From a virus (Duplodnaviria > Caudoviricetes): a stretch of 64,000 nucleotides of DNA. Every line of letters begins with the position of its first letter. Within the stretch, counting starts at the first letter, position 1. This document shows positions 1 to 8,594 of the stretch, piece after piece. Location of the stretch: the IMG/VR virus record IMGVR_UViG_3300022752_000013, one strand, 5' to 3'. The notes under the pieces were generated by a model. That model was not told where the DNA came from, did no database searches, and saw only the letters and a program-made list of their open reading frames with translations. A program made the position numbers and the translations under genes.

Positions 1-2
1 GG

Positions 3-638
3 TGGCGATGGAAACAAAGCCACACCAATGTGGTACGTCGTATACTGGGTCATGCCAAACGCGGCACTCGCGTGGTATTCATAGCAGGCAATCATGATGA
101 ATTCCTGCGTCCCATGATACCATATGGTTTTAGTTTTGGACTAATAGAGATTCAAAATCAAACTGAACACATTGGTGCAGACGGCCGACATTATCTTGTG
201 GTGCATGGAGACCTGTTTGATGGTATCACAAGACTGGCACCGTGGATAGCATTTTTAGGAGACCGAGCATATGACTTTATTCTTGCGCTTAATAGCCGAT
301 TTAATTGGCTACTGCATCGTTTTGGTATTGGGTACTTTAGTCTTAGCCAGTACCTTAAAAAACGAGTGAAGAAGGCTGTAGACTTTATTTTCCACTTTGA
401 AAAAAATCTAGCCAATTACTGTCGAAAGCGAGGCTACGATGGAGTGATATGTGGACACATACATCATGCAGAGATCAAAGAGATAGATGGTGTTGTATAC
501 ATGAATGATGGTGACTGGGTTGAATCATGCACCGCTCTAGTGGAACATCATACCGGACGCTGGGAGATTGTAACATGGACACAAAAAAATGACAAAGAAG
601 ATACTGATAATAACAGACAACTTACCGGACCAGATTAA
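3..638 (+). CDS. plcP: PlcP-type phospholipase C / LpxH2-like metallophosphoesterase (5' truncated by window edge)
   Basis: Frame is open from base 3 (WRWKQSHTNVVRRIL). Motifs GNHDE, HGDLFD, ICGHIHH and YMNDGDWVESCTA match the COG2908/PlcP family. Overlaps a GT4 gene as in bacterial plcP-agt operons. Confidence 0.8.
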   Translation, partial: WRWKQSHTNVVRRILGHAKRGTRVVFIAGNHDEFLRPMIPYGFSFGLIEIQNQTEHIGADGRHYLVVHGDLFDGITRLAPWIAFLGDRAYDFILALNSRFNWLLHRFGIGYFSLSQYLKKRVKKAVDFIFHFEKNLANYCRKRGYDGVICGHIHHAEIKEIDGVVYMNDGDWVESCTALVEHHTGRWEIVTWTQKNDKEDTDNNRQLTGPD

Positions 639-1590
639 TGGCGTGGTTACCACTTACAAGAACATTGAGGCTTGTGCGGTATTGGATGGTTATACTGTGG
701 ATTATATTGATCCCGGGCGGTTCCGCTATGTTGATTGTCCTGGCTACAACGAAGTCAAACTTGCCATTCCGCGGGAGATGGGCAAGAAGATCGAAGAGAT
801 TGATCCGGATCATATCCACATCGCCACAGAAGGTCCTCTTGGTCTGTGGGCTAGAAAGTATCTTTCAATATGTGGTTATAGGTATAACACCGCTTATCAT
901 ACTAAGTTTCCTGAAGGGTTAAAGAAACTGTTTGGTATTCCTGAAGCAGTGACTTGGCCCTTGGTGCGTTGGTTTCACAAACATTCGGGCAAAGTTCTGA
1001 CCACAACCGAAACCATGGTACGTGAATTACAATCACACGGGTTTAAAGGTCAAATTGTTCCGTGGACTCGCGGTGTTGACCGTGCAATCTTTAATCCTAC
1101 TCATAGACAAAAAACCATCAGTCGATACATCTTGTGTGTGAGCCGTGTGAGCAAAGAAAAGAATCTTGAAAAGTTTCTTAAAATGGACTATCCGGGGTTC
1201 TTAAAGATCATGGTGGGTGACGGTCCCATGTTGGAAACTTATCGCCGGCAGTATCCTGAGGTTTGCTTTACAGGATTCAAAACAGGAGTGGATCTAGCCC
1301 AATACTATGCCAACGCCGAAGTATTTGTGTTTCCCAGTCAATGGGAAACATTTGGCATTGTGATGATTGAAGCCATGGCCTGTGGAACTCCTGTGGCTGC
1401 CTATCCTTGTCAAGGCCCCGAAGATGTCATTGACGAAGGTGTCACTGGCTGTATGAACACAGATTTAAAGCAGGCCGTCACTGATTGTTTGTTTTTAAAT
1501 CGACAAGGTGTGTGGCAAGGTAGTCAACGTTGGTCATGGGAACGTGCCTGGGCGATATTTAAAGACAACTTGGTGCCAGCAAAGTCATAG
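589..1590 (+). CDS. agt: GT4 glycosyltransferase, Agt-like (monoglycosyl/glucuronosyl-diacylglycerol synthase-like)
   Basis: ITD..P.Q.NGVV N-terminus, HIATEGPLG, YHTKFPE, VSRVSKEKN and ETFGIVMIEAMACGTPV (GT-B EX7E). Position directly after plcP supports the Agt call. Confidence 0.7.
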   Translation: MTKKILIITDNLPDQINGVVTTYKNIEACAVLDGYTVDYIDPGRFRYVDCPGYNEVKLAIPREMGKKIEEIDPDHIHIATEGPLGLWARKYLSICGYRYNTAYHTKFPEGLKKLFGIPEAVTWPLVRWFHKHSGKVLTTTETMVRELQSHGFKGQIVPWTRGVDRAIFNPTHRQKTISRYILCVSRVSKEKNLEKFLKMDYPGFLKIMVGDGPMLETYRRQYPEVCFTGFKTGVDLAQYYANAEVFVFPSQWETFGIVMIEAMACGTPVAAYPCQGPEDVIDEGVTGCMNTDLKQAVTDCLFLNRQGVWQGSQRWSWERAWAIFKDNLVPAKS

Positions 1591-1640
1591 TTTATTGTGT
1601 AGGTGCTTTTATTTCTAGTACCGGAGTTTAAATATATGCT

Positions 1641-1781
1641 ATGAGCAGTATTTTTGAAGAACTAAACGACCTAGTATCAGAAAACCCAGTTGGTAAAGTA
1701 CTGGGCATTACTTTGTTGATTCTTGTTTTCTCTGGAGCAGTTGCTCTTGGGTTTGCTTATTGGATAACACACAGGCATTGA
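1641..1781 (+). CDS. small single-pass membrane protein (46 aa; not in ORF track)
   Basis: MSSIFEELNDLVSENPVGKVLGITLLILVFSGAVALGFAYWITHRH; TAAATA at 1629-1634. Confidence 0.6.
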   Translation: MSSIFEELNDLVSENPVGKVLGITLLILVFSGAVALGFAYWITHRH

Positions 1782-1782
1782 G

Positions 1783-2559
1783 TTATCTTCCCGAATATCT
1801 TTTAGGTTCGGCTTCCAGTTGACGTTGACGTTCTGTTTTGGGTACAATGCCGGTGCCCAATTGGGGGTATTTCTCAATTCTGTCTTGTATCACCAACGCC
1901 ATCATTAATCCAACTGACAATGCAATAACCACAGCCGCCACTCCCCATATAGCATTGGCCCAAATAGCATCCATACGCCTTTTTCTACGAACCGCCCGGA
2001 TATGGTCTTGTCTCATTTGTTTAGCGATAAGAATCTTTTGTTGCTTGCCCATGATCAGCATCATGTCTTCCACTTCAGAGTGTAAAGCACCCAATTCAGG
2101 AGGTGATTGATACACCATTATCTCACGAAGTTCTGTGCCCATCTGTTCCAGTTGTTTTTTCATCAGCACACGTTGTAGGGCACGTTTGCCTAGACTAGCA
2201 TCACCTTCATAGATCTCGTGCTGACTGTGCTTTTCTTCTTCTTCAAAGATAGCCATGCACTTGTAGTAGTTGTCGTAGTATGCACCAAGATGTTCGCCAA
2301 GTTCGGTATAGATGCCCGCAGTCTCGCCGTCGCGCTTGTTTAGTTCAATTACACGATTTTTTTCTTTTACAAATTGATTACGTGCTTCTACGCTGACTGG
2401 TTTGTCAGGTGGATGTGCTTTGGCAAATTGCTCGTCGAGATCTTTGAGCACAGCCTTGACATCGCCAGCGGCACCTTTGATGTCTTTGTACAGTTGACAG
2501 CCTTTTTTCACAGCAGCCACAGCGCCATTGGCCAGGGCAAAGAGGGTTATGGGATCCAT
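1783..2559 (-). CDS. hypothetical coiled-coil protein with C-terminal TM helix
   Basis: 258 aa ORF; hydrophobic segment IWGVAAVVIALSVGLMMALVI. Confidence 0.75.
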   Translation of the reverse strand: MDPITLFALANGAVAAVKKGCQLYKDIKGAAGDVKAVLKDLDEQFAKAHPPDKPVSVEARNQFVKEKNRVIELNKRDGETAGIYTELGEHLGAYYDNYYKCMAIFEEEEKHSQHEIYEGDASLGKRALQRVLMKKQLEQMGTELREIMVYQSPPELGALHSEVEDMMLIMGKQQKILIAKQMRQDHIRAVRRKRRMDAIWANAIWGVAAVVIALSVGLMMALVIQDRIEKYPQLGTGIVPKTERQRQLEAEPKRYSGR

Positions 2560-2816
2560 TACTTGACCTCTTTCTTCAAACGATACTCAACACAGATTAC
2601 GATTCTATTGTTGACATCACCGATCCAGGCAGTTCGTACACATTCAGCAACACCGTGGTTGAGTCGTACTTCTCGTTCTCGAGCAGGTAGTTCTCGTGCC
2701 ACACTGGGTCGATCACCGCCATACATAGGCGAACTTGACACCATTGCAGACGCACATAGTATTAGCAATAATACCAAGATTACAATTCGATAGATAGCCC
2801 TTATTTTTGTCATCAT
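2559..2816 (-). CDS. hypothetical exported protein
   Basis: Signal-like N-terminus; coupled to the downstream gene; TAAATA on minus strand at 2847-2852. Confidence 0.6.
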   Translation of the reverse strand: MMTKIRAIYRIVILVLLLILCASAMVSSSPMYGGDRPSVARELPAREREVRLNHGVAECVRTAWIGDVNNRIVICVEYRLKKEVK

Positions 2817-2900
2817 ACTTCCAGTTCTTACGCTGAGAACTCAAAGTATTTACAGCAATGGTTGCGTTAGATTAAAGGGTGTTTAACTATTTTAGTCAAT

Positions 2901-2918
2901 AAAAAACCCCTTGCGGGG
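2901..2918 (-). terminator. rho-independent terminator
   Basis: Minus strand CCCC-GCAA-GGGG-TTTTTT just after the 2924 ORF. Confidence 0.7.
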
Positions 2919-2923
2919 CAATT

Positions 2924-3175
2924 TTAGTTGGTAGGAGTTTTCTTGGCTCGAGGTTTTTTGAGTACAACTGGCTTTTCAGCAGGCACCGCCTTAGGCTTGG
3001 CAAGTGCTCGGGACTTTTTAACAGGAGCAGTGGCTATCATTGGCGCCGGTTCCGGTGCAATTTCACTTGCTCTAGGAAATGGCCAATTGGTCACAGGCGC
3101 CTCAACTTTGTACGGTGCTTCGGTTGCGATCTCTTTTGATTTGCCAAAAAAGAATTCTTTGAACTTGTTAAACAT
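2924..3175 (-). CDS. small Lys/Pro/Ala-rich basic protein
   Basis: RBS AGGAG; tail KKPRAKKT; TAAATA on minus strand at 3193-3198. Confidence 0.7.
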   Translation of the reverse strand: MFNKFKEFFFGKSKEIATEAPYKVEAPVTNWPFPRASEIAPEPAPMIATAPVKKSRALAKPKAVPAEKPVVLKKPRAKKTPTN

Positions 3176-3195
3176 GCTGTTCTCCTATAGAATAT

Positions 3196-4290
3196 TTAGC
3201 GTGGTAACCATGAACTAATGAAGTTCTGTATAGGTTTGTGACGATGCTCCATGTTCCTAATCAGTTGATAATTGTGTACTAAAATTTCTTGTGCCTGTGC
3301 GTACAGCAGTTGCGGATCAGTCTGGGCTAGAAATTCTACTGCTTGCCATGCTTTGGCCCAGCGTTTGCAATCATCAACTATTTCATCATAACTTTCGTCA
3401 ATTAAGTCTTCAAAAGTACGATAGCCCTGTGCTTGTAATTGTGCCAGTGCCCTATACCCACCAAATAGCACAAATACACGTTGACCATGAATTGCTTTTC
3501 CTGTTTTTTCAGTTAAAAATGCAGTTTGTGTAGGGTTAGTTTCAGCCACAATGCTGTACCAACTGTTTTCGTACACTGCTCGAGGAATAAAAACATTTAC
3601 ATTCATTGTTTCGTCAAAAAAATAATTGTTGCCTTTGTAGTAATAGTTGGCGCTGTTATCTTGGAGATCTGCTCGAGCAGTTGTAGTCATTTGCGCATGA
3701 TCAAGTTGATTTAATGCTGGCGATCTATAAAAATATTCTGCTCCATGACTGCCGCTTACTGACAGTAAAGTTTGATCGATAAAATTACTCTGTTGAATCC
3801 ACGCAGACAATTCACGTCTAACTGGGGTGGCTTGTCCTAGTAGTGCTTCAAACAAAAAATCACGTTGTACTGGTTGTTTTAATTCAAGATTTTGGTTGGC
3901 TGCACATACCCTATCAAACGTAGTCAGTGTAGGTGTATATACTTGTTCGTGCCTGGGCCAATATCGAGGCACACCTCCAGTTAACACAATCACGTGTGAA
4001 CATTTTGTTTGTTGTTGAAGATCACTGATAAATTTGTCGGGAGATAATTGACTGTCAATGATTTCTGGAGTGTATCCTATGACCATGTCTGCCCAACTGC
4101 AATCTTTAAAATGGTCGTTTTGAAAAATTTCTACTATGGCAATTTTTTTCCTAGAGTCATTGATAAATTTTTCAACTGGTTCCCAGACCACTTCACAGTC
4201 TGGAATCCAAGGCCATCCGTGCGACTCAGCATAATGTGCCGGAAACCCAAAATGGTAATTGTCGCACAAAATTAAGTAAGGTTTGGACAT
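3196..4290 (-). CDS. GT10-like (fucosyltransferase-like C-terminal domain) protein, paralogue 1
   Basis: SIVAET..FLTEKTGKAI..FVLFGG..GYRTF..IDESYD motif, shared with the ORFs at 10247 and 11251. Confidence 0.55.
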   Translation of the reverse strand: MSKPYLILCDNYHFGFPAHYAESHGWPWIPDCEVVWEPVEKFINDSRKKIAIVEIFQNDHFKDCSWADMVIGYTPEIIDSQLSPDKFISDLQQQTKCSHVIVLTGGVPRYWPRHEQVYTPTLTTFDRVCAANQNLELKQPVQRDFLFEALLGQATPVRRELSAWIQQSNFIDQTLLSVSGSHGAEYFYRSPALNQLDHAQMTTTARADLQDNSANYYYKGNNYFFDETMNVNVFIPRAVYENSWYSIVAETNPTQTAFLTEKTGKAIHGQRVFVLFGGYRALAQLQAQGYRTFEDLIDESYDEIVDDCKRWAKAWQAVEFLAQTDPQLLYAQAQEILVHNYQLIRNMEHRHKPIQNFISSWLPR

Positions 4291-4360
4291 GTGAGATATT
4301 TAACGATTAGTGATTGCTCACTAGTAAAAACCATTGATTTGCAGTTGCAGGATCATATAT

Positions 4361-4396
4361 AATAGCACATAGGACGCTGGATAGGCCGGGTCCTAA
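4361..4396 (+). promoter_or_regulatory. 5'-UTR stem-loop ahead of the phasin-like gene
   Basis: TAGGAC-G-CTGG-ATAGG-CCGG-GTCCTA pairs; lies between TATAAT and the RBS AGGAG. Confidence 0.45.
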
Positions 4397-4423
4397 AGTA
4401 AACTCGCTTTATAGGAGAACCAT

Positions 4424-4699
4424 ATGTTTACAGCAGACGCAATCATCGATACAGTTCAAACTGGTAAAAAAACTTTCGTTAACACATTCGTAACAAACGA
4501 AGCAACCAAAGAAGCAATGATTAAATTCATTGACGCACAAGCCGATTACACCAAAAAAGCCTCCAAGGTTGGTTTGGACACAGCAACCACGCTCACAAGC
4601 GAAGCAATGAAACAAGTGCAAGAAGTGGTTAAATTTGACTATGTCAAAGCAGGACAAGAATTCTTCAAAGCATTCCAGCCAGCAACAAGTAAAAAGTAA
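4424..4699 (+). CDS. phasin-like protein
   Basis: 91 aa amphipathic helical Ala/Thr/Lys-rich protein (IDTVQTGKKTFV...FIDAQADYTK) resembling phasin family proteins; strong RBS. Confidence 0.55.
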   Translation: MFTADAIIDTVQTGKKTFVNTFVTNEATKEAMIKFIDAQADYTKKASKVGLDTATTLTSEAMKQVQEVVKFDYVKAGQEFFKAFQPATSKK

Positions 4700-4713
4700 T
4701 ACCTTAGTATTAC
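4696..4713. promoter_or_regulatory. GTA(A/G)TAC-N4-GTA(T/C)TAC palindrome, copy 1
   Basis: GTAATAC-CTTA-GTATTAC, a perfect inverted repeat. Confidence 0.7.
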
Positions 4714-4720
4714 CATTTGC

Positions 4721-4745
4721 AAGCCCTGTATAACGCAGGGCTTTC
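4721..4745 (+). terminator. rho-independent terminator
   Basis: GCCCTG-TATAACG-CAGGGC-TTTCT. Confidence 0.6.
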
Positions 4746-4747
4746 TC

Positions 4748-4776
4748 TTGACCAATAATTGCCATTCTGCTATACT
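4748..4776 (+). promoter_or_regulatory. sigma70-type early promoter
   Basis: TTGACC-17-TATACT. Confidence 0.8.
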
Positions 4777-4782
4777 TGCCAC

Positions 4783-5070
4783 ATGAGATACTTAATACCG
4801 TTGATTGTTGTGGTAGCAGGCTGTGCCAATGTGCGTCCACCTGTGGATGTTACTCTCATACCCAATGACTGTGCCAACCAGCCGGCAATCATCAATTGGT
4901 TGGAAGAACAAAGCCGACTTTCCCCTTCAACTTTTTCTGACAAGGATCAATATGCAAGACACCGTGCCTCGATTCGCCAACGTGTATGGAATATGCGTTA
5001 CACTTGCAATCCTGCTGACTACAGGTTGCTCAACTGTGCAAAGAACGCCAATGGCGTTTGTGGATCTTGA
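4783..5070 (+). CDS. lipoprotein A (two-Cys family)
   Basis: MRYLIPLIVVVAGC lipobox; start lies just downstream of the promoter. Confidence 0.7.
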   Translation: MRYLIPLIVVVAGCANVRPPVDVTLIPNDCANQPAIINWLEEQSRLSPSTFSDKDQYARHRASIRQRVWNMRYTCNPADYRLLNCAKNANGVCGS

Positions 5071-5293
5071 TCACTTCAAAGTCAATTGCAGAAAAAAAGG
5101 TGAGCAGATTGCATTCTTGCAAAGTATGAGACCCACAAATGATGAAAAATTACTTACAGGGTTCAGTGCTCTGTTACAACCCTGGACCTACATTACAGAT
5201 CCTTATGGGCATGACAGCAAACAAGCAGTATCAACAGGAAGATCAGAATGGGTAATAAATCAATTGTTAATGGAACTTCGCGACAACTGCTGA
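4952..5293 (+). CDS. lipoprotein B, paralogue of A, overlapping A by 119 nt
   Basis: RBS AAGGA before ATG 4952; lipobox LLTTGC. Confidence 0.7.
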   Translation: MQDTVPRFANVYGICVTLAILLTTGCSTVQRTPMAFVDLDHFKVNCRKKGEQIAFLQSMRPTNDEKLLTGFSALLQPWTYITDPYGHDSKQAVSTGRSEWVINQLLMELRDNC

Positions 5294-5841
5294 TTGCATG
5301 TTTGATTGCACCTGCTGTGGCTCTAGCCCAACAATGTGTGCTACAAACTCGTACAGTCACGCAAGGTCAAATTCAAGTGGAAGAACGTAGCCAAGTGTCG
5401 GCACAGATAGTGCCTGTTCCGGGCGGAGATCAACGATGCATGATCTCCATGCGCGGACGTGTGGGTGCCACATGGTATACTGGATTTGGTGAATTTGTAT
5501 TTTCTAGAACAGGCAGTCCTGAACAGGCATGTGTGAGTGCTCGATCACGAGCCGAAGCCAGCATTGTGTCACAAGCAGGATCACGACTGGTGTCTACAGA
5601 TAGTACTTTAGTTTGCAAAGAAGATCCCACACTAGATGCATTGCGTCGAACGGATATCGGTACTGTGGCCAAACTGGCACAATATCGTCCCCATCCGGAT
5701 TACCCAAATGACTTTAGACACAATGGTACTCGGTGCCGTTGGTTTTTGGATCCTGCGTGGACCGGGCGTGAATTGCGCACAGGACAAGGAGTAATTTGCC
5801 AATTACAAGATGACAACTATGTTGTGGTTGACAAATTTTAA
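5248..5841 (+). CDS. exported hypothetical protein with Cys pairs
   Basis: Signal-like LLIACLIAPAVALA-Q; exact start uncertain. Confidence 0.7.
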   Translation: MGNKSIVNGTSRQLLIACLIAPAVALAQQCVLQTRTVTQGQIQVEERSQVSAQIVPVPGGDQRCMISMRGRVGATWYTGFGEFVFSRTGSPEQACVSARSRAEASIVSQAGSRLVSTDSTLVCKEDPTLDALRRTDIGTVAKLAQYRPHPDYPNDFRHNGTRCRWFLDPAWTGRELRTGQGVICQLQDDNYVVVDKF

Positions 5842-5856
5842 GATATCGGTTATACT
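5828..5856 (+). promoter_or_regulatory. sigma70-type early promoter
   Basis: TTGACA-17-TATACT. Confidence 0.8.
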
Positions 5857-5886
5857 ACGTACACATTAATCACCAAAGAGGTAGAT

Positions 5887-6642
5887 ATGAAACTTTCAGT
5901 AATAGCACTAGCACTTGTTGCCAGTATCGGAGCCGCCCAGGCTCAAACACAACCGCATCCTTATGCGATGAATCAAGCACCTGTGTCAGCACCGCCTGCC
6001 GCACCCGCCTGGTTCACAAGACTGCCCGAGGATACTGCGGACATGATCTTTTCAGCCGCAGTGGGTTCCAGCGTAGATGAGCAGATGGCCTATGACAAGG
6101 CTCGTATGCAAGCCGAACGCAAACTGGTTGAACTCATGAGTTCTAGAGTTCGTTCAAACGTAAAAAGTTATCGCAATGATCGTGGTGACAACATGCAAGA
6201 AAGCACAGAGATCACTATCAACAAAACAGCCGATGGCGAGTTGATTGGGGCACAACGTGTGGACAGTCAAGCCACGTTTGACGGTCGGGTGTATCGTGTG
6301 TATGTGTTGCTACGCTACCCGCTGGCACAGAACAACACCTTGCGTAAAGAACGTGAGGGTGCTCAAAGCAAACGTGAAGCAGACTTGAGAGCCGCACGGG
6401 CACAACAAGATCTCGAGCGTGAAACTCAACGTCAGCGTACAGACGCGGAAGCCGCAGATCGCAGACTCAAAGAAGAAATCGGCCCACGCCCTGATGCTCC
6501 AGCACCAGCATCTGCACAGACAGTGAACACCACTGAAGGACCGGTAAAGTTACTGGATGTGGACAATGTTGAGTACAAGCAAAAACGCACCGAAGCACTG
6601 GCCAAACCTGGTGCTGTTATCGGTCAAACAGTCGTCCGATAA
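5887..6642 (+). CDS. exported LPP20-like protein with coiled coil
   Basis: Signal peptide ending AAQA; PAWF...FSAAVG...MAYDKARMQAERKL resembles the LPP20 fold; RBS GAGG. Confidence 0.6.
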   Translation: MKLSVIALALVASIGAAQAQTQPHPYAMNQAPVSAPPAAPAWFTRLPEDTADMIFSAAVGSSVDEQMAYDKARMQAERKLVELMSSRVRSNVKSYRNDRGDNMQESTEITINKTADGELIGAQRVDSQATFDGRVYRVYVLLRYPLAQNNTLRKEREGAQSKREADLRAARAQQDLERETQRQRTDAEAADRRLKEEIGPRPDAPAPASAQTVNTTEGPVKLLDVDNVEYKQKRTEALAKPGAVIGQTVVR

Positions 6643-6648
6643 ACGGCG

Positions 6649-6682
6649 TATAAATAGAAGCGGTGCCAACAACACCGCTTCT
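6649..6682 (+). promoter_or_regulatory. T4-type late promoter TATAAATA followed by a 9-bp hairpin
   Basis: TATAAATA at 6649-6656, then GAAGCGGTG-CCAACAA-CACCGCTTC. Confidence 0.6.
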
Positions 6683-6690
6683 TCCTCTTT

Positions 6691-7275
6691 ATGATTATGG
6701 CCACACAAGAAACTATTCAAACGGAACAAAATCACTCACAGTCCCTGGCCGATAATGGCATGTATGTTTTCATGGGTGATGTGGATGACGAAAACATCAA
6801 GCCAGTGGTGGAATGGGTGTTGTACGAAAACTATGTGACCAAGAAAAAGAAAAAGGAACTACTACTGATGATCTGCTCCGGCGGAGGAGACATGGGTGCG
6901 GCCTTTGCCCTAATTGACGTCATGATGAGTTCGCAGATTCCAATTAAAACTGTGGGCCTAGGAACCATTGCATCAGCAGGACTCTTGATCTTTATATCCG
7001 GCACTCACGGACGCCGAATACTCACACCCAACACCAGTATCCTGAGCCATCAGTTCTCCTGGTACAACGAAGGCAAGGTACATGAGTTGTTTGCCACCAT
7101 GAAAGAGTTTGAACTCACACAGGCTCGAATGTTGGCACACTATGAATTGTGTACAGGTCTGGGGCGAGAAGAGATACGCACGAACCTGTTGCCGGCACAG
7201 GATGTATGGCTTTCAGCATCGGAAGCACTGGCCTTGGGCGTGTGCGATGATATCAGCGTTTTAAATAGATCTTAA
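6691..7275 (+). CDS. clpP: divergent ClpP-like protease
   Basis: ICSGGGD, GTIASAG (catalytic Ser), ILSHQ (His), QDVWLSASEA. Confidence 0.8.
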   Translation: MIMATQETIQTEQNHSQSLADNGMYVFMGDVDDENIKPVVEWVLYENYVTKKKKKELLLMICSGGGDMGAAFALIDVMMSSQIPIKTVGLGTIASAGLLIFISGTHGRRILTPNTSILSHQFSWYNEGKVHELFATMKEFELTQARMLAHYELCTGLGREEIRTNLLPAQDVWLSASEALALGVCDDISVLNRS

Positions 7276-7448
7276 CCGCCACGTGCGCTACGGCGGGTGA
7301 CATTAGCACCACCAAAGCCTTTGGAGTTTGGTTTAGGACCTTGCTTTTTAGGTGCCTTGCCCAAACCAGGATGCAGTTCCTGGTTTTTCTTTTTGGCATC
7401 ATTGGCCATGTTAATAAATGGATTGGAACTTTTCTTTGGTTCTGTCAT
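7272..7448 (-). CDS. small basic protein (58 aa; not in ORF track)
   Basis: MTEPKKSSNPFINMANDAKKKNQELHPGLGKAPKKQGPKPNSKGFGGANVTRRSARGG; RBS AAGGAG. Confidence 0.7.
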   Translation of the reverse strand: MTEPKKSSNPFINMANDAKKKNQELHPGLGKAPKKQGPKPNSKGFGGANVTRRSARGG

Positions 7449-7460
7449 GATAACTCCTTA

Positions 7461-8585
7461 CTAGTCGTTAGTTTTTAATCCAGCATTTTTTAATATACTA
7501 GATAATTCTGTAGATTCGGCCATGCCACCTTTACGTTGTACTGGTACTTTTTCTTTCGATTTCAAATCAGGAGTCAGATCAACCTCGGGTCGGGTTGGTG
7601 CCGGTAATGCAGGAGTATCTTTTGCATACTGAACTGGACCCATGTCCTTGACTGTGGGGGCAGGCGCTTGATCTCCCCCACCAGCAACTCCTTTTGCCAA
7701 TCCGGCAAATCGCGATACGTTTGCCAGGTCCGTTGAAGAGTTGTCATCTGGGTCAATGTTAGCCTGCCACATTTTATACATTTTCTCGCGTACCTGGTCC
7801 GGGCTTAGAGCATTTGATAATTTGCTTGGATCGATATATTTCTCGCTATCTATCTTTACAGGTTTACCACCGCTAGTGGCTGTGAATTTCGTATATTTGT
7901 GAAAACGACTACCCGAACTCGAGCCATCACTTCTTATTATACTTTTAAGTTCTTCAACTGGGTCAGTTTCACGATTATCTCTAACATAGGTGTCCCCAAT
8001 ATTTCCATCAAAGTCGGTTTTGTAAATTATAATTTTGTTTTCTTCTGGCGTATTACTAGCATAATAATCATAAGGTTCACTGTCGTCTGGTTCCTTTAGT
8101 TTATTTTGATAACGCCAGTCACTTGGGTCATCGGCTCTTGACCTGAATGATGATTTTACTTTTGCAGGATTGATAGCGACACTTTGAAGATGTTTGATCA
8201 GTTGAGCAGCCGCCAGTTCGGGATTTTGTCGATACAAATCTAGTAAATCAAACATTTGATCTGTAGCAGATATATCATATTCATCATCAGCATCGGGATC
8301 GGCCTCTATATAATCAAAACCCAAATCGTGAGCCATGTCTTCCTGGGCATCAAACAGATCATCGTCATCCTCTGCGTCCCATTGATTGAGATGATCTTGA
8401 ATGCCTTTTAACAATGCAATTCCGGCCGGGATAGGCATAGTGGCAACACCTGCTGGTGTTGACAGCAGTTTAACTACAGGTGCAGGCACAGCCGCTGAAG
8501 CCGCAAAACTTGCCAGACCTTTAAGGAATCCACGACGATTTAGTTGTTCTTGTGCTTCGTTGACGTATTGTTTAAAAGTTTTCAT
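7461..8585 (-). CDS. putative internal head/ejected protein with capsid-targeting leader and Tat motif
   Basis: MKTFKQYVNE-A leader, then NRRGFLK plus an Ala-rich h-region. Confidence 0.65.
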   Translation of the reverse strand: MKTFKQYVNEAQEQLNRRGFLKGLASFAASAAVPAPVVKLLSTPAGVATMPIPAGIALLKGIQDHLNQWDAEDDDDLFDAQEDMAHDLGFDYIEADPDADDEYDISATDQMFDLLDLYRQNPELAAAQLIKHLQSVAINPAKVKSSFRSRADDPSDWRYQNKLKEPDDSEPYDYYASNTPEENKIIIYKTDFDGNIGDTYVRDNRETDPVEELKSIIRSDGSSSGSRFHKYTKFTATSGGKPVKIDSEKYIDPSKLSNALSPDQVREKMYKMWQANIDPDDNSSTDLANVSRFAGLAKGVAGGGDQAPAPTVKDMGPVQYAKDTPALPAPTRPEVDLTPDLKSKEKVPVQRKGGMAESTELSSILKNAGLKTND

Positions 8586-8594
8586 GACGTTTCC

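Noticed and set aside
4783-5293. Rz/Rz1-type spanin pair
   Set aside because: Both partners carry lipoboxes and look paralogous; there is no inner-membrane coiled-coil i-spanin, and the promoter is early-type.
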